Source of the DNA: Proteromonas lacertae
Taxonomy: Eukaryota
Assembly (NCBI GenBank): GCA_002245135.1
Contig: NGBS01000002.1
Location: forward strand, 248,001-312,000
Direction of reading: 5' to 3'
DNA length: 64,000 nt
Shown here: positions 1 to 11,872 of the stretch, piece after piece
How the letters are laid out: every line of letters starts with the position of its first letter
Position numbering within the stretch: position 1 is the stretch's first letter
Notes under the pieces: model-generated
What the model was told of the DNA's origin: nothing
Databases searched by the model: none
Seen by the model: only the letters and a program-made list of their open reading frames with translations
Position numbers and translations under genes: made by a program

Positions 1-662
1 AGCAACAACAATTGAATCAATTGAATAATGTAGAAAGAAAGGAATTATTAAGAAGACAGATGATTGAACAAGCTGCAAATAGGAAAATCAATCATATGAA
101 GAGTAAACTAAACACAGCTGAAAATATCAAACAACAAGCCTTACAAACCATTATAACATTTAGGAAAGTACAAGAAGTAGCTCCATCTACAGATCCAATC
201 ATTTGGGCGCAGAATTATGCAGAATTATTGAATGCCTATGAAGATACAATTCATGAGAATATAAAACTGAGAGGAATGTTATCAGATATTGGTATTGATA
301 CAACTACAGTTAGTTCTGCAGCTCATCCATTTAAAACACCAGAGGAAATAGGTAATAGTATAGCCAGATCACCTAATGCCAATTCTAGTAGTAATGGAAC
401 TAATTATTTACCAAGTGTGTCTCCTTTATATCCTATGCCTCCTAGTAAACATAAACCATCGACACTTGATGCAAATATTATCCAACAGAGGAATGCTCTG
501 AGAAGTGTTCCAAAATCTGCATTAGAGAATAGAAAAACTGAAAATGTGACTAATTTTGGTAGTAAAAGTGGTGATGGATCATTTTATGTAAGGAAACCAG
601 TAGAATCTCCAAGAATGCCTATATTAGGCACTCCAATTGGTAGAGCAAAGTCTAATAAATAA
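1..662 (+). CDS. 3' part of hypothetical protein (coiled coil plus Ser/Pro-rich tail), probably truncated by window edge
   Basis: ORF 12..662 with a non-ATG start, frame open to window start; no recognisable domain. Confidence 0.55.
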   Translation, partial: QQQLNQLNNVERKELLRRQMIEQAANRKINHMKSKLNTAENIKQQALQTIITFRKVQEVAPSTDPIIWAQNYAELLNAYEDTIHENIKLRGMLSDIGIDTTTVSSAAHPFKTPEEIGNSIARSPNANSSSNGTNYLPSVSPLYPMPPSKHKPSTLDANIIQQRNALRSVPKSALENRKTENVTNFGSKSGDGSFYVRKPVESPRMPILGTPIGRAKSNK

Positions 663-795
663 TTTACTATTATATTCATATATTTATTTGTGTATATGAG
701 TATTTAAATAACAAATCAACAAATTAAATAATATTTACCTTTTTGATTTTTTAATTATATTCTTATATAATAATATTCATATGTATATATTAACT

Positions 796-2392
796 TTATG
801 CTACAGTTGGTAATTGTGGTTGAGCTGGTTCTTTAGATAGTTCTTTAGCTGGTAATTCAACTGTAGTAACAGGTGGTTGACCTTCTTTATGAACTTCAGT
901 AACTTCATTTGGATTGCTTGATACTGCAGGTGTTGAACTTGTAGTTGTAGCAGTTGTAGTAGTTGCAGGAACGGCTTTAGTTTCACTTTCTTTAACTGTA
1001 GTAGTACTACTTTCAGGTAAGAAGAAGAAGCAATAAACTGATGCAAAAGCACTAACACCTGTAAAGATGTAGAAGACTACATTTGGTCCAGCTTTCTCTT
1101 GTAATATAGGGAATGTAAATGATATTACAATATTGGCAAGATTGTTTGCAGTAACAGATACACTTAAACCACTACTACGGATTGGTCCTGGGAAGGCTTC
1201 ACTTGCTACAACCCAAAATAATGGACCTGGACCCCATTCGAACATGAATAAGAAAATGACAATTCCAACAATTGATAAGGCTGTAACATGAGCTTCATAA
1301 CTAATTGCCATTACTAAATTACCAACAGCTAACCCAAAGTATGTAGAAATTAATAATGTTCTTCTCTTGAATTTATCTATAAATGGCATAGCTAAAGCAG
1401 TACTGGCGAAATTCCATAAACCAGTTACACAGGCTGTTGCAATAAATGGATTAGTTAATCCTGCTTTACCTAATATATCATTACTGTAATACATAACAGC
1501 ATTAATACCACATAATTGGCCACAACAACCAAAGATTACTGCAAATGAATACCACTTTATTTTACCAGCTGTATCTACTGTTTCATTAACTGTTACTTTT
1601 GTTTGATTTTGTTGTTGTTGAGCATTTCCATTCTTTTGTTTATTTAACCATACATCAGTTTCTTTAGCAAATAAACAGCAGACTAATATCAATAAACCAA
1701 CAAAAGCTCCAATTGCATATTGACATGACCATTGCCACTGATCAAATGGTTTATTATCATCATATTCATTCTTAGCAAAAGCCATATTCATGAAATAGCC
1801 AAATGCCATACTCAAAGTAACAATTAATTGATACATACCACCAATTCTTCCTCTATATTCCACATCCACTGTTTCAGTTACATACATAGGACCTACACAA
1901 CTAGTCAATCCTACTGCAAATCCAACAATTATTCTTAACACAAATGCTCCCCAATAGTTCTTCACTACTGCCAAAATTATTGGAATTACTGTCAATATTA
2001 ATCCTCCCAATATCAAACTCTTACGACGACCAATTTTATCAGCTAGCCATACACCAACTGAGCTACCAGCAACCATACCAAACAATAATGCTGATGTGTA
2101 GAGTCCCTATTATTCTATAAATACATTTGGAATATACATAGTAGGTAGATAATAAATCTTCGTTTGGAACTTCATCAAAGTAGGTGAATTTGATAAGACG
2201 ATTTTTCAAACCGTTGACGATTGAACTGTTGTATCCTAGTGCTAAACCGCAAAGCGCATTAACAAGGGCTATTTATATTAGAAAATATTCTTAAATTGGA
2301 AGTTGATTTTTAGATCAACGTAGTACAACAACGCAATTGGCATATAAGTGTAGATAATATATACCTGGAATGATTAAATCTTTTTTTCCCAT
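796..2392 (-). CDS. MFS sugar porter (GLUT/GalP family)
   Basis: ADKIGRR, QLCGINAVMYY, GPGPLFW, PES motifs; spliced start MGKKDLIIPA|LVNALCGLALGYNSSIVNG using GT-AG introns 2269-2364 and ~2107-2137. Confidence 0.92.
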
Positions 2393-2857
2393 TTTTGATT
2401 TAATATATGCTTAGAAATTGAGAAATGAAACAATAACGATTCAATATGAGATCTAGCCGTTTCATGTCGTTTCATAAACGAATCGGTATTTTTGTTTTTT
2501 GGATAAATAAACGCGTTTAGCGAAATATTAATACCAACACGTGATATATATGTATTAGCAAGGCATATATCAGCTTTATGCAATATTTATAGACGTATTT
2601 GATGAATAGATGAAATAATAACAACATTAAGAGTGAGTTTTTAGTTATAAATTGTTGTTAAAGTTATTAGGTTTTGACAGTTATATACAACATTGATAAT
2701 TATAATTAAAAAACCAAATGGCTTTATTTAATCAGTATTAAATGGTTAATTTTACAAAGATAAGATATTCATTAATAATACATTGTAGTATTGTTTAACT
2801 TATAGAATTACTAACCCAAAAACAAATTTAGTTGCAGAATGTCATAATCCATTTTAT

Positions 2858-5073
2858 TTAAGGAAGATTCTCATACATCTTGTTTATTATATCTTCATAT
2901 CTCTTCCTAGCATTATTTCTCTGCAATTTGAATGTACAAGTCATGAGATTATTTAATGTGCTAAATTGCTCACTCTCTAAATAGAAATCTCCAATTTTTT
3001 CAAATCCTCTTAAACCACTTTCTTTATGAATTCTACTTAAATCATCTTGGATATTTCTCCTAACTTCATCACTTTCTATCACTTCTTCAATATCTAAATC
3101 CTTTAGATTCTCTTTATCTTTACTCCACTTCTGTATATACTCTTCATCAGGTACAATTATAGCAACCAAAGTAGATTTACTACTTTCACCATGAATATAA
3201 ATCTGGGCAATGAAATTCGACTGTCCATATATATTCTCCAAGTGTTCTGTAGCTACAAACTCACCTTGAGATAGTTTAGTAATATTTCTCTTACGGTCAA
3301 TTATTTTCATAGCATAATTAGGTAATATACATACACAATCACCAGTATGATGCCATCCTTCCTCATCTATAGTATCTTTAGTAGCTTTTTCATCATTATA
3401 ATATCCTTTAAATATATTACATCCTCTCATACATAATTCACCTCTTCCTTTGATTTCTATACCACAATGATCAGTATCTTTAACATTATATCCCATATCA
3501 TCAGCATTGATTATTTTATACTCACAGCTAGCTATAGGTCCGCCCACATGACCTGAACTATAATCATCATTAAACATCAATGTTGCTGCACCACAAGTTT
3601 CTGTTTGACCATATCCTTCTAATACTGGTGCTGATAATAATATTCTTAAGAAATTACTGACTTTATCAGTGAGTGCTGCTGATCCTGAGATAACTAAACG
3701 AACATTGTTTACACCTGCCTGTTCAGTAATCTTATTGAATACTAAATTATCCCATACTGTGTTGGTAAGATATCCATATTTAAGATATTCTAATTTGATA
3801 TTCACTGCTTGATTGAATAGTGATTGAACCATTGGTTTTTGACTGGCTACTTTCATATGAATAACATCATATATCTTATTCAGTAATCTAGGAACAGCTG
3901 TTAATACAGTCGGTCTAACTTTCAGCAAATCAGATTGTATTAACTTCGTACTACCAGAATAATAAAAAATACAACCACCATCTATAAAGATAGCATGCTG
4001 CATTACTCTTTCTAACGTATGAGCCATTGGTAAAAATGACAAATAAGTATCCGTAGTTCTACCCCTAATATCTACATAATAACATCCACTAATATCACTG
4101 ACGAAATGATTGAGTGTTAAGATTACACCTTTTGGTTGACCTGTTGTACCACTTGTAAAGGAAATTGTTCCCCAGTCTTCTTTATTAGGACGCTTTGGCT
4201 TGATTATATGATCATGACCGTATTTTTCTACTTCATTTACTGTATAAAGCTTTATTTTCTATATTTATTTATTATATTTATATTTTATACATGAGATTTA
4301 GCAGTTTTTATCATTTCTGGTGTTTTTTCACATGTTAGAATTAATGTTTGAATTTTCCTAAAATCTTTAATATTCTCCATAATCTATATATATATATATA
4401 ATGTATATTATAAAAAATAATATAATTTATACAATATTATATTCTATTTCAGATACTAACAACGCATTTAGTGGTACAAAATTGATAATGTATTTGATTG
4501 AACCTATTCCCATACCACTATATAATGGAACTATCACATATCCATAACAACTAGCAGCATGTTCAGTTAAACTCCATTCTAGACAATTATTGACATATAT
4601 TCCAATGAACTTGTGCTAATTAATAAAATATATACAGATATATTTAATAATTATACTCCATTTACTTCTGGAACTAAATCTAAAGCTCTTAATCCACTTC
4701 CATAATTTTGAATCCTTTCCCACATATCCACATAACTGATGTAAATGTATTCGCCTAAACTACCATCACCCAACTATATTTTTTAATATTTTGTTAATAA
4801 AATATTTATATATACTTTAGCACGATAAGCATAAACGAAACCATTTGGATTTACTGTCATTCCTCTTTGAAATGCATCATATCTATTATATATTGCATTA
4901 AATATACGTTGTATAGCAATTATCATAAAAATGATCTACCAAAGTACCTGGACTCTTACTATTTCGATAAACTGGAGACTATTGAATTAAAATCATAATG
5001 ATACTTCTCCTTCTTTTGCTTCGGATACTTTTACACAATATGTGGCTGGTATAGTTGCCTGTGAATTGCCCAT
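2858..5073 (-). CDS. Long-chain acyl-CoA synthetase (multi-exon)
   Basis: FTSGTTGQPKG, EGYGQTE, GWHHTGD, IIDRKRN motifs; start MGNSQA at 5073; several short GT-AG introns in 4250-5010. Confidence 0.93.
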
Positions 5074-5238
5074 TAATAAAAGAAGATTTTCGAGCTTTTC
5101 TTAAAGGCTTGTAATGAATTTGTCATTTTATACTAAAGAAATGATGTAAATAAAGAATTATTAACATCTAGTGAAATTATAATATGACAGTAGCATAAAT
5201 ATAATATCATGACAGAATGAAATGCAAAAACATTCAAA

Positions 5239-5889
5239 ATGAAACGGCTAGTATTGAATAGAAGTTTTTCTAAGTCAGCATTAGGTTTAGGGAAGAGTGA
5301 ATTGCAAAAAATGATTGATGGTGAGCTGTATTGCAAATATGACAAAGAGCTTAGGAATAAACATTTATATGCAAGAAAATTATGTCACAAATATAACAAT
5401 TCAGAACCTGATGATTATGAATATAGAAAAAAAATGTTACATGATTTATTTCCCAATGCTGGTAAGAATTTAGATATATCTGAACCACTTCAATGTGATT
5501 ATGGATTTAACTGTTATTTTGGAGATAATGTGTTTGTCAATTACTATTCAGCCATTTTAGACGTTTGTCCAGTCTATATAGGCTCAAGAAGTATATTTGG
5601 ACCATTCTGCGGCATATTTACTGCAAGTCATCCAATTGAGTATGATATTAGAGCTTCAGAGTTAGAATATGGTAAACCAATTACTATTGGTGAAGATTGT
5701 TTTGTTGGAGGTAGAGTTTCTTTTCTTCCTGGTGTTAAAGTAGGTAATAGAGTTGTGATTGGCACAGGAAGCGTAGTTTGTAAAGATTTACCTAGTGATT
5801 GTATAGCTGTTGGTAATCCTTGTAAAGTTATTAAATATTTAAACAACCCGAATGAAAGAGAAGAAGCTATAAAGCAATTTACAAATTAA
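5239..5889 (+). CDS. Maltose/galactoside O-acetyltransferase (hexapeptide repeat), copy 1, with N-terminal extension
   Basis: Mac N-domain (KMIDGELY), CDYGFN, HP, hexapeptide repeats, AVGNPC; intronless. Confidence 0.92.
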   Translation: MKRLVLNRSFSKSALGLGKSELQKMIDGELYCKYDKELRNKHLYARKLCHKYNNSEPDDYEYRKKMLHDLFPNAGKNLDISEPLQCDYGFNCYFGDNVFVNYYSAILDVCPVYIGSRSIFGPFCGIFTASHPIEYDIRASELEYGKPITIGEDCFVGGRVSFLPGVKVGNRVVIGTGSVVCKDLPSDCIAVGNPCKVIKYLNNPNEREEAIKQFTN

Positions 5890-6057
5890 ACTATTATTTT
5901 TTAATGATCAATATGTATAAGAGAAATTAGTTGAACATTTAAGATGTTATTTTTTATTAATATCTGTGTTTCTATTTTGTTAAAATGAAATTTGTTAAGA
6001 ATTGAAACACAATTATTCAAGCCAGCAGTTTGACATTTTAGAAATATAAATCCAAAA

Positions 6058-6669
6058 ATGAGTGAAACTAAAACAGAAATACAAAAGATGACTGATGGAG
6101 AACTTTATGATCCATCTGACCCAGAGATTAGAAGAGTTGTTCTTGAAATGAGAAAACTAGTTAGAAAATTTAATGACACTTATCCTGATGAAGAAGAATA
6201 TAGGAATAAATTACTTCACGAAATATTTCCTAATTGCCCAAAATCATTTTATATCGAACCACCTCTTCGTGTAGATTTAGGATTTAATTGTTACTTTGGT
6301 GAAGGTGTATACATGAATTTTGATGCTATTATCCTTGATATATGCCCAATAAGAATAGGAGCAAGAAGTTTGTTTGGTCCAAGAGCTAGTTTTTATGCAG
6401 CAACTCACCCAATTGATCATAATGAAAGAAACAGTGGTTTAGAGTTAGGTAAACCAATAACTATTGGTGAAGACTGTTTTGTAGGTGGTTCAACAGTATT
6501 TGTCCCAGGTGTAACAGTAGGAGATAGAGTAGTGATTGGAAGTGGAAGTGTAGTTGCAAAAGATATTCCAAGTGACTGTGTAGCTGTTGGAAACCCTTGT
6601 CATGTTATTAAAAAACTAAATAATAAAGAAGAAAGAAATGAAGCTATTAAAGAATATGCTAGTTCATAA
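6058..6669 (+). CDS. Maltose/galactoside O-acetyltransferase, copy 2
   Basis: Tandem paralog of 5239..5889 with the same motifs; intronless. Confidence 0.92.
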   Translation: MSETKTEIQKMTDGELYDPSDPEIRRVVLEMRKLVRKFNDTYPDEEEYRNKLLHEIFPNCPKSFYIEPPLRVDLGFNCYFGEGVYMNFDAIILDICPIRIGARSLFGPRASFYAATHPIDHNERNSGLELGKPITIGEDCFVGGSTVFVPGVTVGDRVVIGSGSVVAKDIPSDCVAVGNPCHVIKKLNNKEERNEAIKEYASS

Positions 6670-6864
6670 TATGAAAATAATACACTTCTTCATGTAATTG
6701 TTTTTGCTTTTTATATAATTAACAATAATAACTTCTATTACTTTAATAGAATTTTAATAAATCTACGCATTTTATTATCATAATGAGCAAAGATATTCAT
6801 TCATCATTGATATTCTATAAAAATAAAATCATGAAACGCATATAATTCATATGAGATTGGGACA

Positions 6865-8204
6865 ATGATTAACTTATATAAAAGGTTATTTTTTGTTTTA
6901 ATATTACATTTTGTTTATTCATATAATGCGCAAACTCCTGACAAGGTAATAATTGTAGGAGACTCAAATGTTTTAAAAATGGTTAGGAATTTCTATTATG
7001 ATGTAATATTGAAGTATCAAATTCCCAATTTTAGTATGATTGTGTGGAATCCATCATCATATGATGATTACAGAAAATACTATATTCCAGTTGAACATTC
7101 CCCAATTCACGTTGATGATTCAGTTGGATGTGATAATCCTCACTCTATATGTTATTCAAAAATGAATATAAGATTGAATATAGTTTTGTTTTATTTAAGA
7201 CAGAATTTGACAATAATGCATATGGATTCTGATTTATGGTTTAATGAAAACCCTTTAGAATTACTAAATTATGTAAATCCAGAAGATGATATTACATATT
7301 CATGCGATGATCCTCCTTTATGCAAAAATCTTAATTTTGGTTTATTTTATGAAAAACCATCCAATTGTTCTATAGAATTATTTGAAAGATCTATAAGATT
7401 AAATAAAATTGCTCCGCTTACTGTCAATTTTTTTGATCAGGAATTGCTTAATATATTGATATTAAACTTTAGAATTATAGGTTTGAAACATAAAGTGATA
7501 AACCATAATACATTCTTTATAGGTTGGATTTATTTTGAATATAGGAATAGGTTTAAAGATGAAGAGAATAATATTCAATGCATTGGCTTTCATAATAATG
7601 GAATACAAGGGCATGTAGGTAAAATCTATCGTTTAAAAGAATTAGGAGTATGGAGAATAGATGATGATGAATATTATTCATCAAAATCAAGAAAGTATAT
7701 AAAATATTCTGCTGTGATAAACTCAAATGAATATTCAATATATGACAATATGATGATATATTTATTGTATTTAGGAACAGAATTAAATCGAACAATCATT
7801 TTCCCTAGATTTTATAACAGGAAAGATGGTTATAAAATATATCGTTCATTTATTGATTATTGGAATTTACATTATTTTGAAAAGACATTTGGATTAAACT
7901 ATCGAGAAAATATATCTTTTCTTTTTTGATGAAATAATCATAATAATATCGTTAACTTGTATAAGTATTTTTATTAAACGATTTAGTTCCTCAAGAAGTG
8001 AAAGAAAATGAAAAAGAAATAACTAGTATTGATCTAGAAGAGATGAAACAATATAACTCCTATTCAATTCTATCAATTTATACAATTCCTCATATCATTT
8101 CATATGAAATAATAAATAGATATGGGAAATATCTAAAGAGAACAGATTTTAGACAACTAAATTCATTTATAGATAATAATATAACATTGGATGGTTTAGA
8201 TTAA
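6865..8204 (+). CDS. Nucleotide-diphospho-sugar transferase (GT77-like), copy A; exons 6865-7911, 7965-8204
   Basis: Hydrophobic N-terminus, DxD (MDSDLWF), NFGLFY, DQ motifs; joined to ORF 7998..8204 through a U12-like intron giving RENVFLLNDLVPQEV. Confidence 0.8.
7912..7964 (+). other. Putative U12-type intron, AT-AA termini (53 nt)
   Basis: 5' ATATCTTTT, branch-like ATCGTTAAC 8 nt before the 3' end; removal restores the frame. Confidence 0.7.
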
Positions 8205-8298
8205 TTAACTGTATTTTTACTGAAATAAAAAACATAATATATAAAAATGTAAAATTAATTCTAGCATTAAATATTTATTTAAATATATTATTAAAAAT

Positions 8299-9621
8299 CT
8301 AATAGAACTTTGCAAAATTATGTTTAGCGCATTGACCATTATTATCTCTAAGTAAATAATTTTTATATTTATCTAATGTTTCGTTAGAAATAGCTTCTGG
8401 AATTGTATAAATTGATAGAATTGAATAGGAGTTATATTGTTTCATCTCTTCTAGATCAATACTAGTTATTTCTTTTTCATTTTCTTTCACTTCTTGAGGA
8501 ACTAAATCGTTTAATAAAAATACTTATACAAGTTAACGATATTATTATGATTATTTCATCAAAAAAAGAAAAGATATATTTTCTCGATAGTTTAATCCAA
8601 ATGTCTTTTCAAAATAATGTAAATTCCAATAATCAATAAATGAACGATATATTTTATAACCATCTTTCCTGTTATAAAATCTAGGGAAAATGATTGTTCG
8701 ATTTAATTCTGTTCCTAAATACAATAAATATATCATCATGTATTTATTCATAGAATAATAAATAGATCCTACATTTATTGCATATTTTATATATTTTCTT
8801 GATTTTGATGAATAATATTCATCATCATCTATTCTCCATACTCCTAATTCTTTGAAACGATAATATTTCGTAGTGAAATAGCATGAGCCAGTATTATGAA
8901 AACCAATATAATTTCCTTTCTTTAATATATCTGCAAAACAATTATTATCTTCAAAAAATGTTAAAGCTATATAAAACAATTCATTAGGCCAAATTCCTAC
9001 TTTTATATCATTTATTCTATTGCTATTTAATAGTATATTCACTAATCCTTGATCAGCTAAATCCCATGTATAAGCAGCAATCTCACTTAATCTAACAGAT
9101 CTTTCAAATAATTTTCTAGAATATTTCGATGGTTTTACATAGAATAAACCAATATTTTTACCACCAGCAAAATCATAGTCGCAGGAAAAAGTAATATCAT
9201 CTTCTGGATTTACATAATTTAGTAATTCTAAAGGGTTTTTATAAAACCATAAATCAGAATCCATATTCAAAACTGATAAATTCTGATTCAAATAATATGA
9301 GATTATTTTTAATCTTATGTTTATTTTTTTAAGAAAATTTATTTCATGCAATGTATCTGCAAGAAAATCATCAGCATCTACTGGAGGATACTCCACTGGA
9401 ATGTGATACTTTTGGAATTCATCGTAAGAGGATGGATTCCATACAATCATACTGAAATTGGGAACTTTAAACTTCAATATCACTTCAGTATACAAGTTAC
9501 AAACCATTTTCAACACATTCGAGTCTCCTATTATTATTACCTTATCAGGTATTTTTACATTGTATGAATAAACTAAATTTAATATTATTGTAAAATATAG
9601 CATTGTATATACATCAATCAT
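8299..9621 (-). CDS. Nucleotide-diphospho-sugar transferase (GT77-like), copy B; exons 9621-8578, 8523-8299
   Basis: Convergent paralog of copy A with the same motifs and intron. Confidence 0.8.
8524..8577 (-). other. Putative U12-type intron, AT-AA termini (54 nt)
   Basis: Paralogous to 7912-7964 with a 1-nt indel. Confidence 0.7.
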
Positions 9622-9703
9622 TGTTCCAATTCAATTAAAATTATAGTCGTTTCTCCAAAATAGCCGTTATAATTAATTTATAATAACGACTAGTATTTTA
9701 TAA

Positions 9704-11264
9704 ATGAATGAAGAAGAAGAAGGAGAAGTAAATGACGTATATGAAGAGTTCTTTTTTATTATTTAGACTCAAGTAGATAATACTAAATCATTTGTAAATT
9801 CATCTTCCACCATTCAGAGAAATCCTGTTTATTATTCTAATAATAGCAATGAATCTTCATCAGAGTCAGAAAATGATGATGAAGATAAAAATAAACAGTG
9901 TATTTTGTTATTTTTTATTGACCTAGCTTCATCTTCTGTAGAAATGCTGCAAGAGACAATCAAACTACAGAAACAAATAGGAAATCTTAAATCAGAATTA
10001 ATACAGATTAGAGGAGAGCTAGCTCAAGAAAAACAAAAAACATATCCTAGAAAAACAGTTAACTTTCGAAATACAACTAGTGAAACAAGTCTAGATATAA
10101 ACAGATTGTTGATAGAAAATGAAAAATTGAAAGAACTCTTATCTAATTATCAAATGAAGCAGAATACTTATTTACCAACAGAAGAAATGAATGAACTAAC
10201 TACAGTATAATAAATTCTCAAGACAATAATGAATATATAAATAAATAGAGATATTACTTATTAGAATCACAGTATAAATCAGAATATACACAGTTTAAAA
10301 GAAATGAAATTCTGTTACTTAATACAATACAAAAGAAGAAGAATAAAATTGCACTATTGAAGAGTATGTTACAGAAACAGCAGCAACAGCAACAACAACA
10401 AAGTAAGTGTAATTCAATACAACCAAATGAATATGAAAGTAGAATAAATCAAGCAAATCGACTATTAGAAGAAAGCAGAATAACAATAAACAAAATATCA
10501 GATAAATTGAAAAATAAAGAAATACAGTTTAATAATGTTAAAAAACAGTTAGAAATGAATAATAACAAGTCAATATATAGAATACAACAATTGGAGATGG
10601 AGTTAAATAATTGCAAGAACACAATTAACCAATATAAATCTAAAATAAATTACTTGAATGAAAAAGTTGAGAAGGATAAGGCAATTATGGAAGAGAATAG
10701 AGAAATTAATAAAAAAATGATTTTACAGAATGAACAATATCAACAAGTATTCCAGAACTATGAGCAAACGATATTACAATTGAAGAACCATATAGATGAA
10801 AAGGATAAAATTATAAATGATATGAAGAAAATAAGTGATGAGAATAAAGTGAATAACCAATCACAATCTAATGAAATTAACAACCAAATGACAAAAATTA
10901 AACAATTAGAACAAGAGAATAATCAATATAAATATAGTATTAGTCAAAAAGATAATCAAATCACTGATTTGACAAGTAAAATGAATGAATTATCATCAAT
11001 TAATAATGACTATAATAACACAATATTAGAATATCAAAAAGTATAAGATCAATTATATTTATTTTTCTCTAGAAATGTCAAGAATGTTCTGATGCAATTC
11101 AGAATTTAGAGGAACATTGCTCTGAGAGTGAAATTACAATTGAAAAATTGAATGAAGAGAATAATCAATCTCAAAAGAAGATTAATGAAATGACATTGAA
11201 ATATAAGAAATTGAGAGAATTATGGAATAATATTTCACAGAATATATATCCTGAATCGCCATAG
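9704..11264 (+). CDS. Coiled-coil hypothetical protein (multi-exon)
   Basis: ORFs 9905..10210 and 10357..11046 linked by short GT-AG introns; Q/N/E/K heptad-rich. Confidence 0.65.
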
Positions 11265-11342
11265 AAATACCAAATTTTGAATTATTGTTATTTATTTAAA
11301 TACTGTGTTTTAATACTAATTATCATTACATTTAATATGTAT

Positions 11343-11834
11343 TTAAACACAAGGATGAGTAATTACACCTTTTTGAAGGATTATATTACCATATTGAGCT
11401 ATTTCACTAGTTGCTACTATGCAGTATGCTTGTTTAGCTTTTTCATAAAATGCAAATCTTTCAATATGCTCCATTTCTATATGTCTATTTTCAGCTTCAT
11501 CACATATTTTTTGATAAATATCCCTAATCTCCACTTTCATGTCTTTATCACATTCAACACGAGACATTATACTAACCTAAACTTCATATAACAATAAAAA
11601 GCATACTGGAGTGTCAACGTAAGTATCTAAAGGGAGAACTTTCAATATTGCTGTTAATAAAGTTGGTATATCATGTCCATCCATTCTTACCACTCCAGTT
11701 AAACAATGTTTACCAATAGATGCTGAAGGGAAGTTGGCGTCTGCCAATACTATAAAATCGCCATGTCCCATCTCTGCTAATATTTTCAACAGCTCTGGAG
11801 ATATAATAGTAGGTATTCCTTTCAAGATCGTCAT
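11343..11834 (-). CDS. FUOM: L-fucose mutarotase (RbsD/FucU family); intron 11577-11606
   Basis: [42 protein letters not shown]. Confidence 0.93.
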
Positions 11835-11872
11835 TTTTGAAATTCTAAATTTGAAAAAGCTTGAGTAATAAA

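Larger units (their letters stand above)
7750..8739. repeat. Inverted repeat, arms 7750-8089 and 8399-8739, spacer 309 bp
   Basis: Arms are reverse complements; the only difference seen is one extra T in a poly-T run inside the intron. Confidence 0.93.
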
